Shown: in pieces, positions 26,901 to 40,338 of the stretch
How the letters are laid out: each line of letters begins with the position of its first letter
Numbering within the stretch: position 1 is the stretch's first letter
Assembly: GCA_030390025.1 (NCBI GenBank)
Contig: CM059431.1
Span: 137,208,001 to 137,272,000, forward strand
Reading direction: 5' to 3'
DNA from: Squalus acanthias
Lineage: Eukaryota
Length of the DNA: 64,000 bases
Program-made: the position numbers and the translations under genes
Notes under the pieces: model-generated
What the model saw: the letters and a program-made list of their open reading frames with translations, nothing else
The model's database searches: none
Told to the model about the DNA's origin: nothing

Positions 26901-29900
26901 CCAACACTATCCCAGATAATTTGCCCAGGAACTGACACACTAACGGTGGAGCTTCTCTCCATTCACAGTGTGTCCCTCTCCCAGTGCTCACTCTAACCCA
27001 GATAATATGCCAGTACCTGACACGATAACTGTGGAAATCTTTGCATTCACAGATTATTCCTCTCCCAGTGCACACACTATCCAAGTTAACCTGCCCAATG
27101 TCCGACACACCAACAGGGGAACATTTGTACATTCACAGTCTGTCCCTCTCCCAGTGCGCACACTACCCCGGATAGCCAGCCCAGGACCTGACACACTAAC
27201 TTTGGAACTTCTGTACATTCACAGTCTGTCCCTCTCCCAGTGACCACACTAACCTAGATAACCTGCCCAAGTTGGATCCTTTGTCCATTCACAGTCTGTC
27301 CCACTCCCCGTGCACACTCTACCCCAGATAATCTGCCCAGGACCAGACACACTAACGGTGGAACTTCTGTACATTCATAGTCTGTCTCTTTCCCAGTGCC
27401 CACACTACCCCAGATAACCTGCCCAGGACCTGACACAGTTGCCGTGGAACATCTGTATATTCACAGTCTGTCCCTCTCCCAGTACACACATTGCCCCAGA
27501 TAATCTGCCCAGAACCTAACACACTAAGTGGGGAAATTCTGTACATTCAGTCTGTCCCTCTCTAAGTGCCCACGTTATCCCAAGGTAGCCTGCCTAAGGT
27601 CTGATACACTAACGTTCGCACATTCATAGTTTGTCCCGCTCCTAGTGCATACACTACCCCAGGTAACCTGTCCAGGACCTCACACACTAACTGTGGAACT
27701 TCTGTACATTCACAGTCTGTCCCTCTCCCAGTGCCCACACTAACTCAGATAACCTGCCCAGGACCTGACACATTAACGGTGGAACCTACGTACATGCAAA
27801 GACTGTTCCTCTCCCGGAGCCCAGACTACCCTAGATAACCAGACCAGGACTTGACAGACTAACGTTGGAACTTCTGTACATTCACAGTCCGTCCCTCTCA
27901 CAGTAAGCACACCACCCCAGATAACCTCCACATGACCTGTCACACAAACGGTGCAACTTTTATACATTCACATTCTGTCTTTCTCCCACTGCCCACCTGG
28001 CCCAGATAACCTGTACAAGGTCCAGACACACTAACGGTGGAACGTCTGTACATTCACAGTCTGTCCCTCTCCCAGAGCCCACAATATCCCAGTAACCTGC
28101 CCACGGTCTGAAACACTAACGGTGGAACTTCTGTACATTCATAGTCTGTCCCTCTCCCAGTGCACACATTACCTCAGATAACCTGCCCAGGATTAGACCC
28201 ACTAACGTTGGAACCTCTGTCCATTCACAGGCTGTTTCGCTCCCAATGCCCAAACTACACCAGCTGACATACCCAGAACTTGAAACACTAACGGTGGAAC
28301 TTCTGTACATTCACAGCCTTTCCCTCTGCCAGTGCCCACACTACCCCAGATAAACTGCCCAGGACCTGACACACAAAGGGTGGAACTTCTTCACATTTAC
28401 TATCTGTCCCTCTCCCAGTGTCCACTCTAACACAGATAACCTGCCCAGTGCCTGACACACAAACGGTGGAACATCTATCCATTCACAGACTGTCCCTCTT
28501 CCACTGCCCATATTATATCAGATAACCTGCCCAAGGACTGACACTCTAACGGTGGAACTGCTGTCCATTCACAGTGTGACCCTCTCCCAGTGCCCACACT
28601 ACCCCAGATGACCTGCCCAGGACCGGACACACTAACGGTGGAACTCCTGTCCATTCACAGTGTGACCCTCTCCCAGTGCCCACACTACCCCAGATGACCT
28701 GCCCAGGACCTCACAAACTAACGGTGCAACTTCTATACATTCACAGTCTGTCCCTCTCCCAGTTCCCACTGTAACCCAGGTAACCTGCCCAGGACCTGAC
28801 ACACTAACGGTGCAACCTCTGTACATTCACAGTCTGTCTCTCTACCAGCTCCCACACTAAGCCAGATAGCCTGCCCAGGGCCGGATTCACTAACGGTGGA
28901 ACTTCTGTGAATTCACAGGCTGTCCCTCTCCCAGTGTGCATACTAAACCAGTAAACCTGACAAGGACCGAACTCACTAACGGTGGAACTTCTGTACATTC
29001 ACAGTCTGTCCCTCTCCCAGTGCGCACACTACCCCAGAAATCCTGCCCAGGACCTGACACACTAACGGTGGATCATCTGTACATTGACAGTCTGTCTCTT
29101 TCCCAGTGACCACACTACCCATGATAACCTGCCCAGGACCAGACATACAAACGGTGGAACCTCTGTACATACACACTCTGTCACTCTCCCAGTGCCAACA
29201 TAAACCCAGATAATCTGCCCAGGACCTGGCACACTAACGGTTGATCTTCTGTACATTCACAGTCTGTCGCACTCCCAGAGCCCAAACCAACCCAGATAAC
29301 CTGCCCAGGATCTGACACACTAACGGTGGAACGTCTTTACATTCTCAGCCTGTCCCTCTCCCAGTGCCCACACTACCCCAGAGAACATGCCCAGGTCCTA
29401 ACATACTAACGGGGCAACTCCTGTACATTCACACTCTGTCACTCTCCCAGTGCCCACACTACCCCAGATAACCTGCCCAACGTCTGACACACTAACGGTG
29501 GAACTTATGTACACTCAAAGTCTGATCCTCTCGCAGTACCCACACTAACCCAGATAACCAGCCCAGGACCTGACACACTAACGGTGGAACTTATATACAT
29601 TGAAAGTCTGTCCCTCTCGTAGTACCCACACTACCCCAGATAACCAGCCCAGGACCTGACACACTAACGGTGGATCATCTGTACATTCAGTCTATCCCTG
29701 TCCCAGTGTCCACGCTACCTCAGATAACCTGACCACGGATTGTCACACTAACGGTGGAACTTCTGTATGTTCAAAGTCTGTCACTCTCCCAGTGCCCTCA
29801 CTACCCAGATAACCTGCCCAGGAGCTGAAATATTATCGGGAAAACTTCTGTCCATTCACAGTTAGTCCCTCTCCCAGTGCACACACTACGCCAGATAGCA

Positions 29901-32900
29901 AGCCCAGGACCTGGCACACTAACGGTGGAAATAATGTACATTCAATGTATGTCACTCTCCCAGTGCCCACACTACCCCAGATAACCTGCCCAGGGCCTGA
30001 CACACTAACGGTGGAACCTCTGTATATTCAAAGTATGTCACTCTCCCAGTGCCCACACTACCCCAGATAACCTGCCCAGGACCTGACTCACTAACTGTGG
30101 AACTTCTGTCCATTCACAGTCTGTCTATCTCCCAGGGCCCACACTACCCCAGATAACCTGTCCAGGACCTGACACACTAACGGTGGAACTTCTGTACATT
30201 CAAAGTCTGTTCCTCTCACAGTGCCCACGCTACCCTAGAAAAACTCGCCAAATTCTCACACACTAACGGTGGAACGTCTGTACGTTCACATTGTCTCCCG
30301 CTCCCATTGCGTACACTACCCTAGATAACCTGCCCAAGCTCTGAAACACTAACGTATGAATTTCTGTACATTCACAGACTGTCTCTCTCCCAGTGCCCAC
30401 ATTGCACCAGCTAACATTCCCAATGCCTGACACACTAACGGCGGAGCTTTTGTAGATTCACAGACTGTCCCTCTCCCAGAGCACACACTACCCATACAAC
30501 CTGCACAGGAACTGACTCAATAACGGTGGATCTCTGTCTATTCACATTCTGTCTCTCTCGCAGTGCCCACACTACCCCAGATAAGCAGCCAGGACCTGAC
30601 ACACTAACGGTGGATCATCTGTACATTGACAGACTGTCCCTGTCCCAGTGCCCACACTACCCCAGATAACCTGCCCACGGAATGACACACTAACGGTGGA
30701 ACACTCTCTATATTCACACTCTGTCCCTCTCCCAGTGCCCTCACTACCCAGATAACCTGCCCAACCTGGCACACTAACGGTTGATTTTCTGTACATTCAC
30801 AGTCTGTCGCGCTCCCAAAGCCCACACTACCCCAGGTAAACTGCCCAGGACCTGACGCACTGACGGTGGAACTTCTGTACATTCAGAGGCTGTCCCTCTC
30901 CCATTGCCCACACTACCCCAGATAACCTGCCCAGGATCTGCCACACTAATGGTGGAGCTTCTGTACATTCACTGTCATCCCTCTCCCAGTGCGCACACTA
31001 GCCCAGATAACATGCCCAGGACCTGACACACTAACGGTGGAACTTCTCTACATTCACAGTCTGTCCCTCTCCCAGTATCCACACTACCCCAGATAACCAG
31101 CCCAGGACCTTGCACACTAACGGTGGAACTTCTCTACATTGACAGTCTGTGACTCTCCCAGTGCACACTACCCCAGATAACCAGCCCAGGACCTGACACA
31201 CTAACGGTGGATCATCTGTACATTGACATTCTGTCCCTGTCCTAGTGCCCACGCTACCTTATATAACCTGCCCAAGGTCACACACACTAACGGTGGAACT
31301 TCTGTACATTCACAATCTGTCCCTCTCCCAGTACCCACACTATCTCAGTTAACCTGCCAAGGATTGCCACACTCACAGTGGAACTTCTGTATGTTCACAG
31401 TCTGTCCCTCTCCCAGTGCCCTCACTACCTAGATAACCTGCCCAAGACCTGAAATATTAACGGGGAAACTTCAGTACATTCACAGTTAGTCGCTGTCCCA
31501 GTGCCCACACTACCCAGATAATCTGCCCAGGTCCTGGCACACTAATGGTGGAACTTCTGTACATTCGCTCTCATCCCTCTAGCAGTGCCCACACTAGCCC
31601 AGATAACATGCTCAGGACCTGACAAACTAACGGGGCAACTCCTGTACATTCACAGTCAGTCTCCCTCCCAGTGCCAACACTACCCTAGATAAACTGGCCA
31701 AGGTCTCACACACTAACGGTGGAACTTCTGTACATTCACAGTCTGACCATCTCCCAGTGTCCGCACTTCTCCAGATAACCTACCCAGGACCTGACATACT
31801 AACGGTGGAACTTCTGTAAATTCACAGTCTGTCGCTCTCCCGGTGCCCACACTGGCCCAGAAAAACTGCCCAGATCCTGAAACACTAACGGTGGAAGTTC
31901 TGTACATTCAAAGTCTGTCACTCTTCCAGTACCCACACTACCACAGATAAACTCTGCAGGACCTGATACACTAACGGTGGAACTATTGTACATTCACAAT
32001 CTGCCCATCTCCCAGTGCCCACATTGCTCCAGATAACCAGCCAAGGTCTGACACACTAACGTTGGAACTTCTGTCCATTCACAGTCTGTCCCTCTCCCAG
32101 TGACCACACTACCCTAGATAACCTGCCCAAGGTGGAAACTTTGTCCATTCACTATTTGTCCCTCTCCCCGTGCACACACTACCCCAGATAATATGCCCAG
32201 GACCATACACACTAACTGTGGAACTTCTGTACCTTCATAGTCTGTCTCTTTCCCAGTACCCACACTACACCAGATAACCTGCCCAGGACCAGAAACACTA
32301 ACTGTGGAACGTCTTTACATTCACAGTCTGTCCCTCTCCCATTGCCCACACTACCCCAGATAACCTGCCCAGGACCAGAAACACTATTTGTGGAACTTCT
32401 GTACATTCACAGTCTGTCCCTCTCCCATAGCCCACACTAACCCAGGTAACCTGCCCAGGATCTGACACACTAATGGTGGAGCGTCTGTACATTCACTGTC
32501 ATCTCTCTCTCATTGCCCACTCTACCCCAGATAACATGCCCAGGACTGACACTAACGGGGCAACTCCTGTACATTCACAATCAGTCGCTCTCCCAGTACC
32601 CACTCTACCCCAGATAACATGCCTAGGACATGACACACTAACGGTGGAACTTCTGTACATTCACAGTCTGTCCCTGTCCCAGTGCCCACGCTACCTTAGA
32701 TAATCTGCCCAAGGTCTCACACACTAACGGTGGAACCTCTGTACATTCACAGTCTGTCCCTCTCCCAGTACCCACACTATCTCAGATAACCTGCCCACGG
32801 ATTGCCACACTCACAGTGGAACTTCTGTATGTTCACAGTCTGTCCCTCTCCCAGTGCCCTCACTACCTAGATAACCTGCCCAAGACCTGAAATAGTAACG

Positions 32901-35332
32901 GGGAAACTTCAGTACATTCACAGTTAGTCCCTGTCCCAGTGCCCACAATACCCAGATAATCTGCCCAGGACCTGGCACACTAACGTTGGATCTTCTGTAC
33001 ATTTACAGTCTATCGCGCTTCCATAGCAAACTTCCCCAGATAACCTGCCCAGGATCTGACACACTAATGGTGGAAATTCTGTACATTCACTGTCATCCCT
33101 CACGCAGTGCCCACACTAGCACAGATAACATGCCCAGGACCTGACAAACTAAAGGGGCAACTCCTGTACATTCACAGTCAGTCTCCCTCCCAGTGCCAAC
33201 ACTACCCTAGATAAACTGGCCAAGGTCTCATACACTAACGGTGGAACTTCTGTACATTCACAGTCTGACCCTCTCCCAGTGTCCGCACTACTCCAGATAA
33301 CCTACCCAGGACCTGACATACTAACGGTGGAACTTTTGTAAATTCACAGTCTGTCGCTCTCCCAGTGCCCACAGTCCCCCAGATAACCTTCTCAGGACCT
33401 GATTCACTAACGGTGGAACTATTGTACATTCACATTCTGTCCATCCCCCAGTGCCCACACCAGCCCAGATAACCTGCCCAAGGTCTGACACACTAACGTT
33501 GGAACTTCTGTCCATTCACAGTCTGTCCTCTCCCAGTGACCACGCTACCCCAGATAACCTGGCCAAGGTTGAAACTTTGTCCATTCACTATTTGTCCCTC
33601 TCCCCGTGCACACACTACCCCAGATAATCTGCCCAGGACCATACACACTAACTGTGGAACTTCTGTACATTCATAGTCTGTCTTTTCTCAGTGCCCACAC
33701 TACCCCAGATAACCTGCCCAGGACCAGACACACTAACTGTGGAACTTCTGTACATTCACTGTCTGTCCCTCTCCCATTGCCCACACTACCCCAGATAACC
33801 TGCCCAAGGTCTCACACACTAACGGTGGAACTTCTGTACATTCACAGTCTGTCCCTCTACCATTGCCCACACTGCCCCAGATAACCTGCCCAAGGTCTCA
33901 CACACGCACAGTGGAACCTCTGCACATTTACAGTTAGTCCCTCTCCCAGTGCCCACACTACCTAGATAATCTGCCCATGACCTGGCACAGTCTACCGCCC
34001 TTCCATAGCAAACTGCCCCAGAAAACCTGCCCAGGATCTGACACACTAATGGTGGAACTTCTGTACATTCACTCTCATCTCTCAGGCAGTGCCCACACTA
34101 GCCCAGATAACATGCCCCGGACCTGACACACGAAAGGGGCAACTCCTGTACATTCACAGTCAGTCTCCCTCCCAGTGCCAACACTACCCTAGATAAACTG
34201 ACCAAGGTCTCACAAACAACGGTGGAACTTCTGTACATTCACAGTCTGACCCTCTCCCAGTGTCCGCACTACTCCAGATAACCTACCCAGGACCTGACAT
34301 ACTAACGGTGGAACTTTTGTAAATTCACAGTCTTTCGCTCTCCCAGTGCCCACACTGGCCCAGAAAAACTGCCCAGGTTCTGAAACACTAACGGTGGAAG
34401 TTCTGTACTATCAAAGTCTGTCACTCTCCCAGTGCGCACACTACCCCAGATTACCTGCCCAAGGTCTGACACACTAACGTTGGAACTTCTGTCCATCCAC
34501 AGTCTGTCCCTCTCCCCGTGCCCACACTACCCCAGATAATCTGCCCAGGAGCAGACACACTAACGGTGGAACTTCTGTACATTCATAGTCTGTCTCTTTC
34601 CCAGTGCCCACACTATCCTAGATAAGCTGCCCAGGACCTGACACACTAACGTAGGATCTTCAGTACATTCACAGTCTGTCGTTCTCCCAGTGCTTACACT
34701 ACCCTGACTAACCTGCCCAGGACCTGACACACTAACGGTAGATCTTCTGTACATCCACAGTCTGCCACTCACCCAGTGCCCAGAGTAACCCTGAAAGCCT
34801 GCCCAAGGAGGAACTTCTGTAAATTCACAGTATGTCCATCTCCCAGTGCCCAAACTACCCCAGATAACCTGCCGAGCACCAGACACATTAACGATCAAAC
34901 TTCTGTCCATTCACAGTCTGTGCCTCTCCCAGTGCCCACACTAACACAGATAACCTGCCGAGGACCTGACACACTAACGGTGGAACTTCTGTCCATTCAC
35001 AGTCTGTCCCTCTCTCAATGCACACAGTAACCTAGATAACCTGCCCAGGATCTGACACACTGACGGTGGAACATCTGTCCATTCACAGACTGTCCCTCTC
35101 CCAGTTCCCACACGACCCAATATAACCTGCCCAAGACTTGGCACACTAACGGTGGTAGGTCAGTACATTCATAGTCTTTTCCCTCTCCGAGTGCCCACAA
35201 TTTCCCAGATCACCAGGTCAGGATCTGACACACTAACGGTGGATCTTGTGTACTTTAACAATCTGTCCCTCTCCCAGTGCACACACTAACCTGACACACT
35301 AACGGTGGAACTTCTGTCCATTCACAGTCTGT

Positions 35333-35683
35333 ACACTAGACGCAGGAAGAATGTTCCTGATGGTCGGAGAGTCCAGAACCATGGGGTCATAATCTAAGGA
35401 TAAGGGTTAAGCCATTTAGGACAGAAATGAGGAAGAATTTCTTCACCCAGAGAGTGGTGAACCTGTGGAATTCTCTACCACAGAAGGTAGTTGAGGCCAA
35501 GTCATTAAATATATTCAAGAATGAGTTAGATATATTTCTTAAAGCTAAAGGTATCAAGGGATATGGGGAGAAGGCAGGTACAGGGTACTGAGATTGGATG
35601 ATCAGCCATGATCTCATCGAATGGCGGAGCAGGCTCGATGGGCCGCATGGCATACACCTGCTCCTATCTTCTATGATTCTCTG
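35333..35683 (+). mobile_element. Short CR1 3' fragment in satellite B
   Basis: Encodes ...FFTQRVVNLWNSLPQK...GYGEKAGTGY* plus the 3' UTR hairpin and a CTATGATTCT tail. No TSD; about 27 bp of the satellite unit is missing at the site. Confidence 0.92.
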
Positions 35684-37705
35684 CTAACCAGCCCAGGTCC
35701 AGCAAACTAACGGTGGAGCATCTGTACTTTCATAGAATGTCTCTCTCCCAGTGCCCACACTAACCCAGGTAACTTGTAAATGACCAGACACAATAACGGT
35801 GGAACATCTGCACATTTACAATCTGTCCAATTCCTAGTGCCCAAAATAACCCAGATCATCGGCCCAGGATCTGACACACTTACGGTGGAACTTCTGTCCA
35901 TTCACAGTCTGTCCCTATCCCAGTGCCCACACTACACCAGAAAACCTGCCCAGAACCTGACAAAATAACGGTGGAACTTCTGTGCATTCACAGTCTGTCC
36001 CTATCCCAGTGCCCACACTACACCAGAAAACCTGCCCAGGACCTGACAAAATAACGGTGGAACTTCTGTGCATTCACAGTCTGTCCCTATCCCAGTGCCC
36101 ACACTACACCAGAAAACCTGCCCAGGACCTGACAAAATAACGGTGCAAAATCTGGCCATACTCAGTTTGTCCCTCTCCCAGTGCCCACACCAACCCAGAA
36201 AACCTGCCCAGGACTTGACACACTAACGGTGGAACTTCTGTGCATTCACAGTCTGTCCCTCTCCCAGTGCCCACACTACACCAGAAAACCTGCCCAGGAC
36301 CTGACAAAATAACGGTGCAAAATCTGGCCATACTCAGTTTGTCCCTCTCCCAGTGCCCACACTAACCCAGATAACCTGCCCAGGAGCTGACACATTAACG
36401 GTGGAACTTCTGTCCATTCACAGTCTGTCCCTCTCCCAGTGCCCACACTACCACAGATAACCTACCGAGGACCTGACACACTAACGGTGGAACTTAGTAC
36501 ATTCACAGTCTGTCCCTCTCCCAGTGCCCACATTACCCCAGATAACCTGCCGAGGACCTGACACACTAACGGTGGAACCTCTGTACATTCACAGTCTATC
36601 CCTCTCCCAGTGCCCACACTAACCCAGATAACCTGCCCAGGAACTGACACACTAACGGTGGAACATCTGTACATTCACAGTCTGTCCCTCTCCCAGTGCC
36701 CACACTAACCCAGATAACCTGCCCAGGAACTGACACACTAATGATGCAACTTCTGTCCATTCAAAGACTGTCACTCCCCCAGTGTTCACACCACCTCAGA
36801 TAACCTGGCCAACACCTGACACACTAACGGTGGAACTTCTGTCCATTCACAGTCTGTCCCTCTCCCAGTGCCCACACTACCCTAGATAAGCTGCCCAAGG
36901 TCTGACAAACTAACGGTAGAACTTCTGTCCATTCACAGTCTTTCCCTTTCCCAGTGCCCACACTCACCCAGAAAACCTGCCCAGGACCTGACACACTAAC
37001 AGTGGAACATCTGTCCATTCACAATCTGTCCCTCTCCCAGTTACCACACGACACAAGCTAACCTGCCCAGGTCCTAACACACTAACGGTGGAACTTCTGT
37101 ACATTCACAGTCTGCCCCTCTCCCAGTGCCCACACGACCCCAGATAACCTGCCCAAGGTATGACACACTAACGGTGGAACTTCTTTACTTTCACAGTCTG
37201 TTCATCTCCCAGTGCGCACATTACCACAGATAACCTGCCGAAGGCCTGATAAAGTAACCGTGGATCTTCTGCACTTTGTCCCTCTCTGTGAGCAACCAAT
37301 CCCGTTTTCCTTGTCTGCAGAAGGAACCATCACTGACGGTTTCAGAGATTGATCGACTAGAACCTCTACAGTCGTATAAATAGGATCATGTGTGTATTTA
37401 TAATGAGGTTTCTATAGCACAGGGCAGGCCGGATAGTATTAAACATCAGAGGGAAAATATCACCTTCATAGAACTCTCCATGTTCAGTAAATATTAGAAT
37501 CAAGTCAGGATTTGAAACTTTTCTCCGTCATTGTTCAATTTAAACCTTGGTTTCCATTAAATGAGTTTTCATTTCTACCGGCACCTCAATTGAAACTGTG
37601 AATTAAATCTTACAAGATTTTACTGAATAGCGAAATGTTATTTAGAGGCTGCTTTTTGAAAATAAACTGACATTGAGAATCACTTTCTTTCTATTGTAAT
37701 TGTAG

Positions 37706-39443
37706 ATGTTCAACAGAAACACAAGGAAACACTCCGGGTACAAACTGAAACACTGAGAGTGAACACTTTCCTAATAAAGGAGAAGGTTAAGGTTTTCCAG
37801 CTGGTTGATCGATACGCTGAGCTAACGATCATTTCCACTGTTCGAGATCAGACACTTTCAGAACATGAACTGCTGGCAAAAGGCCGAGACCATGACGAGT
37901 GGAGAGAGAAACATTTCCAGAGAGAGATGGAAAAAATCCGAACTGATCAATTTTTCCAAAGCAGTTTTTCCCAGAGAAAATTCAAATCTGGGAGTTCAGC
38001 AGCAGTGAGCGGAGTCGCGGGGATTGGAAAAACAACAATGGTACAAAAGATTGTTCATGACTGGGCCACTGGGAAAATATACCCACACTTTCAATTTGTT
38101 TTCTGCTTTAAATTCCGGGATTTGAACGCTATTAACTGTAGAATAAACCTGAGGAATCTGTTACTGGATCTGTATCCTTACCTTGGGAATATTCTGGGAG
38201 AGCTCTGGAAGAACCCACAGGGATTGCTGTTTATCTTCGATGGATTGGATGAATTCAAGGACAGGATCGACTTTACTGACAATCGGAGAAAAACAGAACC
38301 TCAGCACAGGTGCACAGATCCTGAAGACTGGTGTGAAGTGTCTGACATTGTGTACAGTTTAATACAGCACAAGCTGCTCCCAGGATGTTCAGTGCTAGTG
38401 ACCAGCCGCCCCACTGCATTAAATTTATTGGAAAAGGCTGAATTCAGTTTCAGGGCTGAAATCCTGGGATTTGTTGGTGAAGAACGGAAGGAATATTTCA
38501 ACAAGATTTTTGAAGATCAGACGGTGGCAGCAGGTGTTTTCAAACATGTGGAGGAGAACGCGATCCTGTACACCATGTGCTACAAACCTTCCAACTGCTG
38601 GATCCTCGGTCTGTCACTGGGTCCCTTCTTTGCACAAAAAGACAGGAATCAGCATCGAGTTCCCAAGACCATCACCCAACTATGCTCCTGCTATATTTAC
38701 AACATTCTGAAAAACCATGGCCGAGAGATTGAAAGCCCCCGTGATGTATTACTGAAGCTTGGTGAGATGGGCTTCACAGGAGTCTCCGAGAAGAAGAGTG
38801 TGTTTAGAAATGGAGATTTGATCAAGTACAATCTGCAACCTTCCCAATTCCTGTCTGGGTTCATGATGGAACTTTTGGAGAGAGATGATTCTGCCCAGAG
38901 CGTGGTGTACACATTCCCACACCTCACCATCCAAGAGTTTTTAGCCGCACTCGCACAATTCCTGACTCCAGATCCTGGGGACATCCTGAAGTTCCTCAAA
39001 GAAGCCCACAGCGAGGAAGATGGGCGATTTGAGATATTTCTCCGTTTTGTTGCTGGTCTCTCCTCCCCACAGGCAGCTCGGCCCCTGGAGGAGTTTCTGG
39101 GTCCATTTCTTCATCAAACTACCTGCCGAGTGATTGACTGGGTGAAGGAGAAGGTTGAAGGACAGATTGGGAACACAGAGAGTGAAACTGGCAAAAGGAA
39201 CCTCCTGAACACATTTCACTACCTGTTTGAGTCTCAGAATAAAGCACTGGCTCAGGCCACAGTGGGATCTGTGGAAAAACTTACATTTAATGAATTGGCA
39301 TTGACCCCAATTGACTGTGCAGTCCTGTCTCATGTTATTGGACTCTGTGATACAATAAAACTTCTCGATCTGGGAGTCTGCTCCATTCAGTGTGAAGGAC
39401 TCCAGCGGCTGGGACCCGTACTGCACAAATGCCGGGTTTTGGG
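37706..39443 (+). CDS. NLR (NACHT-LRR, NLRC3/NLRP3-like family) large NACHT exon
   Basis: Acceptor TTGTAG| (AG 37704-37705), phase 1, giving DVQQKHKETLRVQTETLRVN. Walker A SGVAGIGKTT, Walker B LLFIFDGLDE, sensor-1 VLVTSRP, winged-helix FPHLTIQEFLAA, then the first LRR. Donor GG|GTAACT; the track's TAA at 39445 lies in the donor site. Confidence 0.93.
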
Positions 39444-40136
39444 GTAACTGTTTATTTATGTCTAACTGTTGTGCGAATTGTCGAACAGTCACGGATTGTG
39501 TTGTTGCTCCGCAATAATGGGAAAGAAACAGTTCAGTTAAACCAGAGAGAAGCAGATTCGACACAAATATGACCAATAATAAGAGGCTCGGTTAGTAATT
39601 CCCTAAGTACTGGAGAATCTAAAATGGATCCTTGTGAACAAGTAGGGCTTTTACAGTCTATTTCAGATCAGCAAATAGAGGTCACTGAAAGTCTGATAAT
39701 TAATTACAATAAATCATATTTAATAAAGTTGGACAGCGGAATGTAAACATAAAATATAATCCGGCAGTGAAGATAAAATTAATTTAAAACATTTTCCACA
39801 ACCACCATTTCAACTGGAAACAGGAGAGAAACCCGAGTTTAAATCACTAACAGTTCGATATTTACTCCAATACCGTGCAGGCTGTGTCTTGTCGAGGGAG
39901 ACGTTCCCTGGATTGGGAATAGTGGGGAATCTGAAATTCTTTCATCTGTAAATACAACTATACATAGTCCTGAACACTGAGTAAAGATTGTTATTCAGGA
40001 TCTTAAATCTGCCGGTAAAAGGGTCTCAATCTAACGTGTTGTGGGGTATTTGCCCCGGAGTACAGACACACACCGGCCAGCGGTGAGCCCTCGCACACAG
40101 AGGGCGGCTCCTGGGTAAACCGGGGGCAGTGAAACC

Positions 40137-40204
40137 GGGAATTCCCCATAATCAGCCCCCTGTGTATGAGGCCCCGCTCGGGGAGGGAACTTCCGAAAAT
40201 TCCC
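40137..40204. promoter_or_regulatory. Cluster of NF-kB-type motifs in the NLR intron
   Basis: GGGAATTCCC (40137-40146) and GGGAACTTCC (40185-40194) match GGGRNNYYCC. GAAAATTCCC (40195-40204) is a 1-mismatch site on the - strand. Motif match only. Confidence 0.4.
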
Positions 40205-40338
40205 CCAAAACTATCTGGCCAGTTACACCTGAAATAAATGTAGAGCCAGTTTAATCGGATGAAAGTGAGAGACTCCCCTTCCCTATAAACTAGGAGCACA
40301 GGGATATTTAAAACTTGTAACGGGACAGAATAAATTCT

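Larger units (their letters stand above)
19538..37287. repeat. Satellite B, 86-bp tandem repeat (~180 units), interrupted by two CR1 fragments
   Basis: Consensus CATTCACAGTCTGTCCCTCTCCCAGTGCCCACACTACCCCAGATAACCTGCCCAGGACCTGACACACTAACGGTGGAACTTCTGTA (86 nt). ORF-track offsets are 86 and 172 (28976/29062, 28632/28804). Confidence 0.96.

Noticed and set aside
1..37287. Resemblance of HCETPYT (A) and CACTGGGAGAG (B and C, - strand) to the C2H2 zinc-finger linker HTGEKPY
   Set aside because: No CxxC...HxxxH spacing, and periods of 39/86/55 do not match the 84-bp finger unit.
37305..37345. Acceptor-like TTTTCCTTGTCTGCAG at 37320 as a missing NLR exon
   Set aside because: No convincing phase-compatible donor or recognisable peptide follows; cannot be supported without RNA data.
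39445..39447. TAA ending ORF 37759-39447 as a premature stop
   Set aside because: It is part of the GTAACT splice donor; splicing to 43473 keeps the frame.
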